DNA of 32,000 bases, taken from Candidatus Electronema aureum. Lineage in GTDB: Bacteria > Desulfobacterota > Desulfobulbia > Desulfobulbales > Desulfobulbaceae. Every line of letters begins with the position of its first letter. The first letter of the stretch is position 1. The stretch covers positions 30,001 to 62,000 of the forward strand of contig NQJD01000002.1 in NCBI GenBank assembly GCA_004284765.1, read 5' to 3'. The notes beneath the pieces were generated by a model. That model was not told the DNA's origin, made no database searches, and worked only from the letters and a program-made list of their open reading frames with translations. This document shows positions 24,498 to 32,000 of this stretch, one piece after another. A program made the position numbers and the translations under genes.

Positions 24498-24827
24498 GTC
24501 TCTGTTTCCTCCACCAAAAGTTAATCCGTCGTCCGGCAGTACAATCTGCCGCTGAATATGCTATTTCCCATGGAAACACAAGACGTTCTGTCCGTCAATA
24601 GGAAAGAGGACAAGGACTCTGATTTTCTCTTTCCTCAGCAAATAGCCGCTACGAAACAGACAACTTCCCCTCCACCGCCACCCTGACCTTTCGCTTGCTA
24701 AGAGCGGGGATTTCTGTTACCTTAGCGGGTTTTGCTTGCGCTCTTCACAATGAACAACACCGGAACCCGGCTCGCTGCATGTTGACCGGCTGCAAGAATA
24801 ATTACAACTATCAGGAAGGCGGAACCA

Positions 24828-26267
24828 TTGAAGACTAAAATACTCGTTGCCAACCGGGGTGAGATAGCCATCCGCATCATCCGGGCCATTCAAGAGCTGA
24901 ACTACGAAGCTGTCGCCATCTACGAGACACCTGACCGGGACTCCATGCACATCCGCAGTGCTGACGAGGCGGTCTGGATTGGTCATGGCCCGCGCTGCGA
25001 CTACCTGAACATTGATAAGGTGATTGCCGCTGCCCAGAAGAGCGGGGCTACAGCCATTCATCCCGGCTACGGCTTCTTGGCTGAGAACGCCGACTTCGCC
25101 CGCGCCTGCGAGAAGGCGGGCATCATCTTCATCGGCCCGCCCTCGGACGTGATTGACAACCTTGGCAACAAGGTCACGGCCCGCAGGATCATGGCTGAGG
25201 CAGGCATTCCGATGGTGCCGGGCACGCAGAACCTGAAGGCTGGGGACGAGGGCGTACAGGAGGCTGTCGAGTTCGGCAAGCAGTACGGCTACCCGATCAT
25301 GCTCAAGGCCACCGCAGGCGGCGGCGGGCGCGGCATCCGCAAGATCGAGCAGGAGAAAGACCTGAAGGATCACTATGCGATGGCCCGCGCCGAGGCCAAG
25401 GCCGCCTTTGGCGATGACTCGGTCTATTTAGAAAAGGCCGTGGTCAAGCCCAAGCACATCGAGGTGCAGATCATCGCCGACAAGAGCGGCACGACCATCC
25501 ACCTCGGCACCCGCGACTGCTCCATTCAGCGGCGCAACCAGAAGTTAGTTGAGATCGCCCCGGCCTTCCAGCTCACGCCGGAGCAGCAGGAGGCAATCAG
25601 CCAGACCGCAGTGAAGGCGGCCAAGGCCGCAGGCTACTTCAACGCAGGCACGGTTGAGTTCCTCTTCGATAACGGCAAGTTCTACTTCATGGAGATCAAC
25701 ACCCGCCTGCAAGTCGAGCACACAGTCTCTGAGATGATCACCGGCATTGATGTCGTGCGCACCCAGATCAAGCTGGCGATGGGCAAAGACCTGTCCATCA
25801 AGCAGGAGGACATCCACCTGCGCGGCCATGCCGTGGAGATGCGCATCAATGCTGAGGACCCGAAGAACAACTTTATGCCCGAAGGTGGCAAGACCGTGCG
25901 CGTGTATCGCTCGCCAGGCGGTTACGGCGTGCGCTTGGACGGCTTCTGCTATCAGGGCTTCACCATCCCGCAGGTTTATGACTCGCTCTTAGTCAAGCTG
26001 ACCGTGTTCGGCTGGTCGTGGAATGAGACGGTTGACCGCCTGCGCCGCAGCCTGAACAACTTCGTCATCATCGGCCCCAAGACCACCATTCCTTTCTACC
26101 TGAACCTGATCAACGACCCGGACTTCAAGGCGGGCAAGTTCGACACCTCCTTCTTAGAAACCCACGAGCACCTGTTCAACTACGAGGAGGACAGCAGCGA
26201 GGTCAACAAGCTGGCCAAGCTGATCGCCGAGATTCACTGCAAGGGCGGCAATGCCTATGCGGCGTAG
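24828..26267 (+). CDS. Biotin carboxylase subunit (AccC/PycA-type) of a two-subunit biotin-dependent carboxylase
   Basis: KILVANRGEIAIRIIRA, GGGGRGIR and MEINTRLQVEHTVSE motifs. TTG start at 24828 with AGGAAGG upstream. Confidence 0.95.
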   Translation: MKTKILVANRGEIAIRIIRAIQELNYEAVAIYETPDRDSMHIRSADEAVWIGHGPRCDYLNIDKVIAAAQKSGATAIHPGYGFLAENADFARACEKAGIIFIGPPSDVIDNLGNKVTARRIMAEAGIPMVPGTQNLKAGDEGVQEAVEFGKQYGYPIMLKATAGGGGRGIRKIEQEKDLKDHYAMARAEAKAAFGDDSVYLEKAVVKPKHIEVQIIADKSGTTIHLGTRDCSIQRRNQKLVEIAPAFQLTPEQQEAISQTAVKAAKAAGYFNAGTVEFLFDNGKFYFMEINTRLQVEHTVSEMITGIDVVRTQIKLAMGKDLSIKQEDIHLRGHAVEMRINAEDPKNNFMPEGGKTVRVYRSPGGYGVRLDGFCYQGFTIPQVYDSLLVKLTVFGWSWNETVDRLRRSLNNFVIIGPKTTIPFYLNLINDPDFKAGKFDTSFLETHEHLFNYEEDSSEVNKLAKLIAEIHCKGGNAYAA

Positions 26268-26302
26268 GGGCTGAGTTTTGACTCGCCCGCCTTGCCGCTG
26301 GA

Positions 26303-26440
26303 CTGGCAGCAGGCTGTCTCTCAGGGTGACACTACGCTGTCACAGTACGTGACACCATGCTGTCACTCTGACTGACGCTATGCTGTCACATCAAGTGACA
26401 CTACGCTGTCACCCTGACTGACACTATGCTGACTCCCAAA
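26303..26440. repeat. Tandem array of six 23-bp units, each carrying a GTGACA-N6-TGTCAC palindrome (the outer units are degenerate)
   Basis: Units start at 26303, 26326, 26349, 26372, 26395 and 26418, an exact 23-bp period. Units at 26326 and 26395 are identical over 18 nt (GTGACACTACGCTGTCAC). There is also a 46-bp higher-order repeat, 26349-26394 versus 26395-26440. Confidence 0.85.
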
Positions 26441-26497
26441 GCGGCAGGCACCTGTCTGCCGGAAAGGAAAGAATTGATACCACCACGGACACAGGTC

Positions 26498-28402
26498 ATG
26501 ACACGAATCACGCAAGACATGGACATTGCCTCGATGCTGGCCGCGCTGCGCCAGGCCGACGGCTATTACATCACCAACACGGCGCGGGATATGTCCCAGT
26601 CGGACTACAAGAACCGCATCCTGCTCCACACCGATCTGATGGCGGCTCCGACCCGCGAGGCGGCAGGCTACTTCTCGCTGGAGATCACCGGCGGGGCCTC
26701 GGTGCATGTGGATATTCTCCGCAAGCAGGTTGATCCCTTCCTCAAGCTGGACCTGCTGCGCCAGGCCATGCCCAAGACCATGTTCCAGACCCTCTGCCGG
26801 GGCCTGAACCTCTTTGGCTATCGGCCCTATCCGGCCAACGTCATCCGCTTCACGGTACGCGAGTTCGCCAAGTACGTGGATGTCTGGCGCACCTTTGACT
26901 TCCTCAACCATGTGCCGAACATGCAGGCCGTGCTGGAGGAAGTGGGCAAGGCAGGCAAGATCAACGAGCCGTGCATCTGCTTCTCCACCGGGCCGGAGCA
27001 CACGGATGCCTATTATGTGGCCAAGGTGGGCGAGATTCTTGCCGTCACGGGCGAGGACATCACGCTGTGCATCAAGAACCACGGCGGCCTTGGCACGCCG
27101 CGCCGCATCGGCGAGCTGGTCAACGCGATCAAGCAGGCGTATCCTGACCTGATCATCCACTACCACGGCCACAACACTGACGGCAACGACGTGGGCCGCA
27201 TCACGGAGGCGGTGCTCAACGGCGCGAAGATCGTGGACGCATCTGACCACGCCTTCACCGGCTATTACGGCCCGCCTGCGGTGCTGACCGTGATTCAGAC
27301 TCTGAAAGATCACGGCAAGACAGCGGTCGGCATTGACGAGGCGGCGGTGATTGCTGCCTCCGATGCCATCCGCGACCAGCGTCCGCACTATGCTCAGTTC
27401 GAGTCGCAGATCAAGGGCTTCCAACCCACGGTGCAGATTCATAAGCTGCCTGGCGGGGCAATGGGTTCGAGCTTGGAGCAGGCGGCGAAAGGCGGCTTCT
27501 TAGACAAGATGCCGGACATTCTCCACAAGGAGCTGCCCAAGGTGCAGGAGGAGCTGGGCAACTTCTGGAGCGTCACGCCCGGCTCGCAGATACTGTGGAC
27601 AACGGCGGTCTCCAACGTCCAGCATGGCCGCTACGAGTCGCCTTCCGGCGATCTGAAGAACCTGCTGCTGGGCAAGTACGGCCCCTTCCCCTTCTATCAG
27701 CCTGCGGACTGGATCTACGAGAAGGTCTTTGGCGAGGACTGGCGCAAGGTGCTGGCCGAGCAGGGCGGGGCTGAGGCCATCAGCGACATGGACATCGAGC
27801 AGGAGCGGAAGACCTTGGCCGAGCGGCTGGGCTATGAGCCGACTGAGCAGCAGCTCGTCATCTATCTCCAGCACCCGAATGATGCGGTCAACTTCTACAA
27901 GTTCGAGGCAGAGTTCGGCAGGGCCTACGTGCTGCCGCCGTCCATCTTCCTGCGTCAGGGCGGCTTTGCCCTCGGCGAGACCATGACCTTCCGCGACCAC
28001 TTCGGCAAGGAGCATCTGCTGGAGGTTGGCCCGGTGCAGAAGACCGAGGACGGCCACACCAACGTCTATCTCAACGTCGATCACCACGAGCGGGTCTATG
28101 TCTTCGAGCCGGTCAAGCCTGCGGGCGCGGCCCCGGCTGCGGCCAAGCTGTCCAAAGAGGAGATTGCCGAATTAGCCAAGGCAGGTGACTTCCGCGCTCC
28201 CTTTGCCGCCAACGTCAGCGCAGTGAGCGTCAAGGCAGGGCAGGAGGTTGCTGCCGGAGATCAGTTGCTGGTGCTGGAGGCGATGAAGATGCAGACTCCG
28301 GTAGTGGCAGAGGCGACGGGCGTGGTGGCCGTGGTGAGCGTCAAGGTCGGGCAGAGCTTGCAGCCGGGGGACAAGCTGGTGAAGGTGGATGTGAAGGAGT
28401 AA
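26498..28402 (+). CDS. Carboxyltransferase (PycB/OadA-like TIM barrel) fused to a C-terminal biotinyl carrier domain
   Basis: HYHGHNTDG metal-site motif, CIKNHGG (KCX-lysine position), and the biotinylation motif EAMKMQT near the C-terminus. Start options are ATG 26498, TTG 26474 (AGGA 5 nt upstream) or the track's ATG 26426, which lies inside the repeat array. Confidence 0.9.
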   Translation: MTRITQDMDIASMLAALRQADGYYITNTARDMSQSDYKNRILLHTDLMAAPTREAAGYFSLEITGGASVHVDILRKQVDPFLKLDLLRQAMPKTMFQTLCRGLNLFGYRPYPANVIRFTVREFAKYVDVWRTFDFLNHVPNMQAVLEEVGKAGKINEPCICFSTGPEHTDAYYVAKVGEILAVTGEDITLCIKNHGGLGTPRRIGELVNAIKQAYPDLIIHYHGHNTDGNDVGRITEAVLNGAKIVDASDHAFTGYYGPPAVLTVIQTLKDHGKTAVGIDEAAVIAASDAIRDQRPHYAQFESQIKGFQPTVQIHKLPGGAMGSSLEQAAKGGFLDKMPDILHKELPKVQEELGNFWSVTPGSQILWTTAVSNVQHGRYESPSGDLKNLLLGKYGPFPFYQPADWIYEKVFGEDWRKVLAEQGGAEAISDMDIEQERKTLAERLGYEPTEQQLVIYLQHPNDAVNFYKFEAEFGRAYVLPPSIFLRQGGFALGETMTFRDHFGKEHLLEVGPVQKTEDGHTNVYLNVDHHERVYVFEPVKPAGAAPAAAKLSKEEIAELAKAGDFRAPFAANVSAVSVKAGQEVAAGDQLLVLEAMKMQTPVVAEATGVVAVVSVKVGQSLQPGDKLVKVDVKE

Positions 28403-28544
28403 ACGGCGGTAAAGCATAATCCTCTGCGCCAGTTTGCTGTTCAACATGGTGCAGAGGAAAGGACTGGAAGCGGCGTGAATGGTTATAGCTGAATAGTTTT
28501 CGCTATATAGTATTTAAGTTTTAAATTAGTTGTGTTATAATTGG

Positions 28545-29618
28545 TGAATTCAAGTTCCAAGTGCAACCGTTAAGTAGTCTCGCCAAAATAGCTCTTTTGG
28601 TGTTTTAAATCCAAAAAATTTTCGAGACCTGTTGTTGAGCTTTTCCATAATAGCTTTAACATCCTGCGTGTCCAGCGTGTCAAAGCTCGCTCCTTTTGGG
28701 AGGTATTGCCGTATAAGTCCGTTCGTATTTTCGTTGAGCCGCGCGTTGCCAAGCCTGATACGGATGCGCGAAGAAGCAGTCTGCCTGAAGAGTGCTTGCG
28801 AACTCCTGATGCAAGGCAAATTCCTTGCCGTTATCGCAGGTTAGGGTATGAACTTGGTCTTGGTAGGGAAGAAGGGCTTGGACAAGTGCCTGCTTGACGC
28901 TATCTGCCCGTTTATCCGGGGCAAGAGCGATGATGGTGAGGCGTGTCTTCCGTTTTGCCAAGGTGACAAGAACAGCTCCTCCCCGACGACCGATCACCGT
29001 ATCCACCTCCCAATCACCAATCCGAGAACGTTCTTCAACGATGCTGGGGTGATGATCTATCGAGACCCGGTTTTTAATCGTGCCCCGTCGGTCAGTGCTG
29101 CCATAACGTTTTTTTCTTTTCTTTCGGCAACGTAGATGGAGATACAGGGTTTCTCTGTGCTGCTTATCATGGGCAATATGTTGATAGATTCGTTCATGAC
29201 TGATCTGAAGATTTTTGGTTGCGGAGAGCTAGCCGCTGATTTGTTCAGGACTCCAATCTTAGCAGAGAAGATCATTGACAATATGCCATATTTCTTTGGA
29301 AAGTCTCGATTTGGCCTTTTCTTGGCGGCGTTGACCAGACAGTTGTTGTGCCTGCTTGGGCCGATAGCCGCGTTCACCGCTATTACGCTGCAATTCTCGA
29401 TCGATAGTTGATCTGTGTCGGCCAAGCTGCAAGGCTATCGCTGATTTCTGATGCCCTGCTTGCTTTAACGCGTAAATTTGATTACGTTCTGCTTCGGTGA
29501 GTTGTGTGTAGTTTTTCATCCGTGCTCCTCTTGCTTGCCGGTAAAAAATGAGCCATTATACTACCACAACTCACTTTTCTTACAACCAGACAAAAGTTGC
29601 ACTTACAAGTTGAATTCA
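28545..29618 (-). mobile_element. IS30-family insertion sequence (~1.07 kb) with imperfect terminal inverted repeats; the transposase is inactivated
   Basis: IR at 28545-28567 (tgaattcaagttccaagtgcaac) versus the reverse complement of 29596-29618 (tgaattcaacttgtaagtgcaac), 20/23 identical. The IRs enclose the transposase reading frames. Confidence 0.85.
28550..29519 (-). pseudogene. IS30-family DDE transposase pseudogene
   Basis: N-terminal HTH (MKNYTQLTEAERNQIYALKQAGHQKSAIA...) and DDE core (GDWEVDTVIG...LTCDNGKEF...NENTNGLIRQYLPKG). In-frame TAA at 29259-29261 and TAG at 29229-29231. A frameshift near 28730-28760 separates FAHPY from NENTNGL. Confidence 0.85.
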
Positions 29619-29675
29619 CACCTCATTACAATGAAAATATAGCTCCAAATTTAGCCACTACGCCTTAAGCGCGTA

Positions 29676-30125
29676 TCAAAATCTCTTCTGCGAATCAAGA
29701 AGAATAGTCACTGGCCCAGAATTGATCAAGCTGACTTCCATCATCGCCTGAAACTCGCCGCTGGCAGTCGTGATGCCGTAGTCCTTGATGGCTGCGATGA
29801 AATCAAGATAGAGCTGTTTGGCCCGCTCTGGCGGTGCAGCTTCCGACCAAGACGGGCGGCGACCTTTGCGGCAATCGCCAAGCAGGGTGAACTGGGAGAC
29901 GATCAGCATTCCGCCGCCAGTTTCAAGCAAAGAGCGATTCATCAGGCCAGCCTCATCGTCAAAGATGCGTAGGTTGATAACTTTGTCCGCCAGCCACGTA
30001 ATGTCCTTTTGCTCATCAACACCATGCACACCTAGGAGCACCAGTAAGCCCGCGTCAATAGCACCGGTTTGACGGCCTGCCACTGTCACGCTGGCAGAAC
30101 TGACCCGCTGTACCACAGCTCGCAT
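29676..30125 (-). CDS. dtd: D-aminoacyl-tRNA deacylase
   Basis: [14 protein letters not shown]-terminus, GLLVLLGV and SQFTL motifs. 149 aa. Confidence 0.95.
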   Translation of the reverse strand: MRAVVQRVSSASVTVAGRQTGAIDAGLLVLLGVHGVDEQKDITWLADKVINLRIFDDEAGLMNRSLLETGGGMLIVSQFTLLGDCRKGRRPSWSEAAPPERAKQLYLDFIAAIKDYGITTASGEFQAMMEVSLINSGPVTILLDSQKRF

Positions 30126-30267
30126 ATCTTACCCTCCTCAGGTTGGATTTCAATTGTACGTTGAACAGCATAGCCTGATTTTTCCCGGTTGGCAAGCAAG
30201 GCAGGGTGTAGTATGGTTAGCAGGAGTTTAATTCATCGAGAACCTACCAGCACAAAAGGAAATAACC

Positions 30268-31554
30268 ATGAATCAGCACCGGTTTGAAACCCTCGCCCTG
30301 CACGCTGGACACACGGTGGATCAAGAGACCCTTTCGAGGGCAGTGCCAGTCTATCGGACAAGCTCTTATCTGTTCAAAAACAGCCAGCACGCTGCTGATC
30401 TCTTCGGACTCAAGGAGATGGGGAACATCTACACCCGGATCATGAATCCAACCCAAGATGTGCTGGAGAAACGAGTAGCTGCCATTGAAGGTGGGGCAGC
30501 AGCCTTGGCATTAGCTTCCGGTACATCAGCAATCTTCTATTCCATCATCAATATCTGTGAAGCAGGTGATGAGGTGGTGGCTGCCAATAATCTGTACGGT
30601 GGTACGTTCACCCAATTTGTTGCCATTCTACCTCAATTGGGCATCAAGGTACGCTTGGTTGATCCTAAAGACCCAGCAAACTTTAGCCAAGCAATCACGG
30701 AGAACACCAAGGCCATCTTCTGCGAGACCATTGGCAACCCGCGCTTAGAAATGACCGACATCGAGGCGGTGGCAGCAGTTGCTCATCATCACCATCTGCC
30801 CTTGATTGTTGATTCTACCTTTACTCCGCCTTGTCTGCTGCGTCCCTTTAACTACGGTGCAGATGTAGTAATTCATTCACTGACAAAATGGATGGGTGGT
30901 CATGGCCTTGCTATCGGTGGTATCGTGGTTGATGGCGGAACCTTTGATTGGACTGATCCTAAATTCAGCCTTTATAATCAGCCTGACCCCAGCTATCATG
31001 GCTTACGGTTTGCCCATGACCTCGATGCAATGAATAAGATCGCCTTTGCCCTGCGAATGCGATTAGTTCCTTTACGCAATCTTGGTGCCTGCATTAGCCC
31101 AGACAATTGCGCTTTCTTCCTCCAAGGGATTGAAACGCTTTCTTTGCGCATGGAGCGACATTGCAGCAATGCGCTGGCAACGGCAACGTTTCTGCAAACG
31201 CATCCTCAGGTAGAATGGGTACGCTATCCGGGATTATTGGGCGAGGAGAACAGCGTAGCCCGCACGTATTTGAAGAACGGTTTTGGGGGGATGGTTGCCT
31301 TTGGCATCCGAGGCGGGCGAGAGGCAGGGAGGCGATTCATCGACAGTCTGCGGCTTATCTCTCACCTCGCTAATGTAGGCGATGCGAAATCATTAGCCAT
31401 TCATCCAGCCAGCACCACCCATTCCCAGCTTTCCACCGAGCAGTTAGCTGCTACTGGCCTGAGTGAATCTATGATCCGTTTGTCTGTTGGTATTGAGAAT
31501 ATTAATGATATCCTTGATGATATCGAGCAAGCATTAACAACCGAGGATAAGTAG
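30268..31554 (+). CDS. metY: O-acetylhomoserine sulfhydrylase (PLP-dependent, MetY/Cys-Met metabolism family)
   Basis: FETLALHAGH N-terminus, SLTKWMGGHG PLP-lysine motif, IRLSVGIE C-terminal motif. Confidence 0.92.
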   Translation: MNQHRFETLALHAGHTVDQETLSRAVPVYRTSSYLFKNSQHAADLFGLKEMGNIYTRIMNPTQDVLEKRVAAIEGGAAALALASGTSAIFYSIINICEAGDEVVAANNLYGGTFTQFVAILPQLGIKVRLVDPKDPANFSQAITENTKAIFCETIGNPRLEMTDIEAVAAVAHHHHLPLIVDSTFTPPCLLRPFNYGADVVIHSLTKWMGGHGLAIGGIVVDGGTFDWTDPKFSLYNQPDPSYHGLRFAHDLDAMNKIAFALRMRLVPLRNLGACISPDNCAFFLQGIETLSLRMERHCSNALATATFLQTHPQVEWVRYPGLLGEENSVARTYLKNGFGGMVAFGIRGGREAGRRFIDSLRLISHLANVGDAKSLAIHPASTTHSQLSTEQLAATGLSESMIRLSVGIENINDILDDIEQALTTEDK

Positions 31555-31581
31555 GGTCACGGTACGTTGTAACCCTACTTT
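31551..31581 (+). terminator. Weak terminator-like hairpin overlapping the metY stop
   Basis: GTAGGGT (31551-31557) pairs with ACCCTAC (31572-31578), followed only by TTT. Confidence 0.35.
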
Positions 31582-31727
31582 GTGCAAGCTACCGGTTCAC
31601 CTCATGCTGTCTTCACCTCCAGCAGCCTGCCGCCTTAGCGGCATTGAGACCGCTCTACAGTGAACAAGGCGGCCTGCGGACATGCCGCTTCTGGAAGTCA
31701 GAACGGGATGTTGTTATTAAGCACAAT

Positions 31728-32000
31728 TCAAGCGCATCTACAGAGGCATTCTTTGACGTAATAATCATAGCGCCCGCCGCCGTCTTTAAAGTTAGTATAA
31801 CTTTCCGCAATCAAGCAGCCATTCTCCAAATGGCCTGTTAGCAGGCGTTCTGAAAAACCGGCATCAAAAACAGCGGTGAACGCCACAGCATCCAGAGAAG
31901 AAACACTGCTTGAGTAGCTGTGTCCAGACACGGCCCCCCAGTCACACGGATCTGGATGGCACGCACCGTAGGCATGGACGACAAGCCCTTTTCCGTCCAC
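31728..32000 (-). CDS. Partial CDS (N-terminus beyond the right edge), hypothetical protein with a CHPDPCDWG motif
   Basis: Open frame from the window edge to the stop at 31728. The GTG 'start' at 32000 is an edge artefact. I confidently recognised no family. Confidence 0.4.
   Translation of the reverse strand: MDGKGLVVHAYGACHPDPCDWGAVSGHSYSSSVSSLDAVAFTAVFDAGFSERLLTGHLENGCLIAESYTNFKDGGGRYDYYVKECLCRCA

Noticed and set aside
26303-26320. Sigma54-like TGGCAG...GCTG in the first repeat unit, and CGGCAG-N-TCTGCC at about 24537
   Set aside because: The GG-to-GC spacing is off by one or more nucleotides from the required 12-nt offset, and the -12 element is poor.
26303-26440. CRISPR interpretation of the 23-bp tandem repeats
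   Set aside because: The units are 18-nt repeats separated by only ~5 nt, with no spacer-sized unique segments and no cas genes. The periodicity is far below CRISPR dimensions.
24717-28087. Long minus-strand ORFs at 24717..25373 (218 aa), 26378..27442 (354 aa) and 27500..28087 (195 aa)
   Set aside because: They are antisense shadows of the GC-rich carboxylase genes. Their Arg/Ala/Leu/Val-rich translations have no motifs, whereas the plus-strand genes carry unambiguous catalytic signatures.
30126-30267. Possible SAM or other riboswitch upstream of metY
   Set aside because: I could not recognise any SAM-I, SAM-II or SAM/SAH core motifs or a convincing terminator or anti-terminator in the 140-nt leader. 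An Infernal scan would be needed.

Overview
This is a bacterial chromosomal window. Gene content and the sigma54 two-component wiring suggest a Desulfobacterota-like genome, but I cannot verify that here. The backbone is housekeeping. On the minus strand it carries ffh-rpsP-KH-rimM-trmD-(SPOUT methyltransferase)-rplS-rnhB, then fabD and lon. Further along are a hexapeptide-repeat transferase, era, a phosphomannomutase/phosphoglucomutase and rlmB. An NtrC-type sigma54 sensor/regulator pair follows, facing a near-consensus sigma54 promoter, a small ORF and a SulP/STAS transporter. The rest comprises a DUF3616-like gene with a small membrane protein, a two-subunit biotin-dependent carboxylase, dtd and metY. 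The most interesting part is the left edge (1-3927), which looks like a small defence islet with three components. (i) A 641-codon minus-strand ORF is open to the window edge and is therefore absent from the supplied ORF track; it encodes an Mrr-like PD-(D/E)xK nuclease fused to a NACHT/STAND NTPase. (ii) A divergently transcribed AlbA_2 (Schlafen-type) plus HATPase_c_4 protein sits next to it. (iii) A decayed MmeI-like type IIG restriction-modification gene is cut off exactly where gene (ii) ends. Other unexplained structure includes an AT-rich ~0.8 kb cassette encoding an orphan secreted protein, flanked by a 48-bp duplication of the host gene's 3' end. There is a 23-bp-periodic array of GTGACA-N6-TGTCAC palindromes between the two carboxylase genes. 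There is also a promoter plus terminator-like leader upstream of the hexapeptide-repeat gene, a CGATA/TATCG motif cluster upstream of the PMM/PGM gene, and a decayed IS30-family element with intact inverted repeats. I recognised no tRNA, rRNA or CRISPR array. All homology calls come from motif recognition by eye, not database searches.
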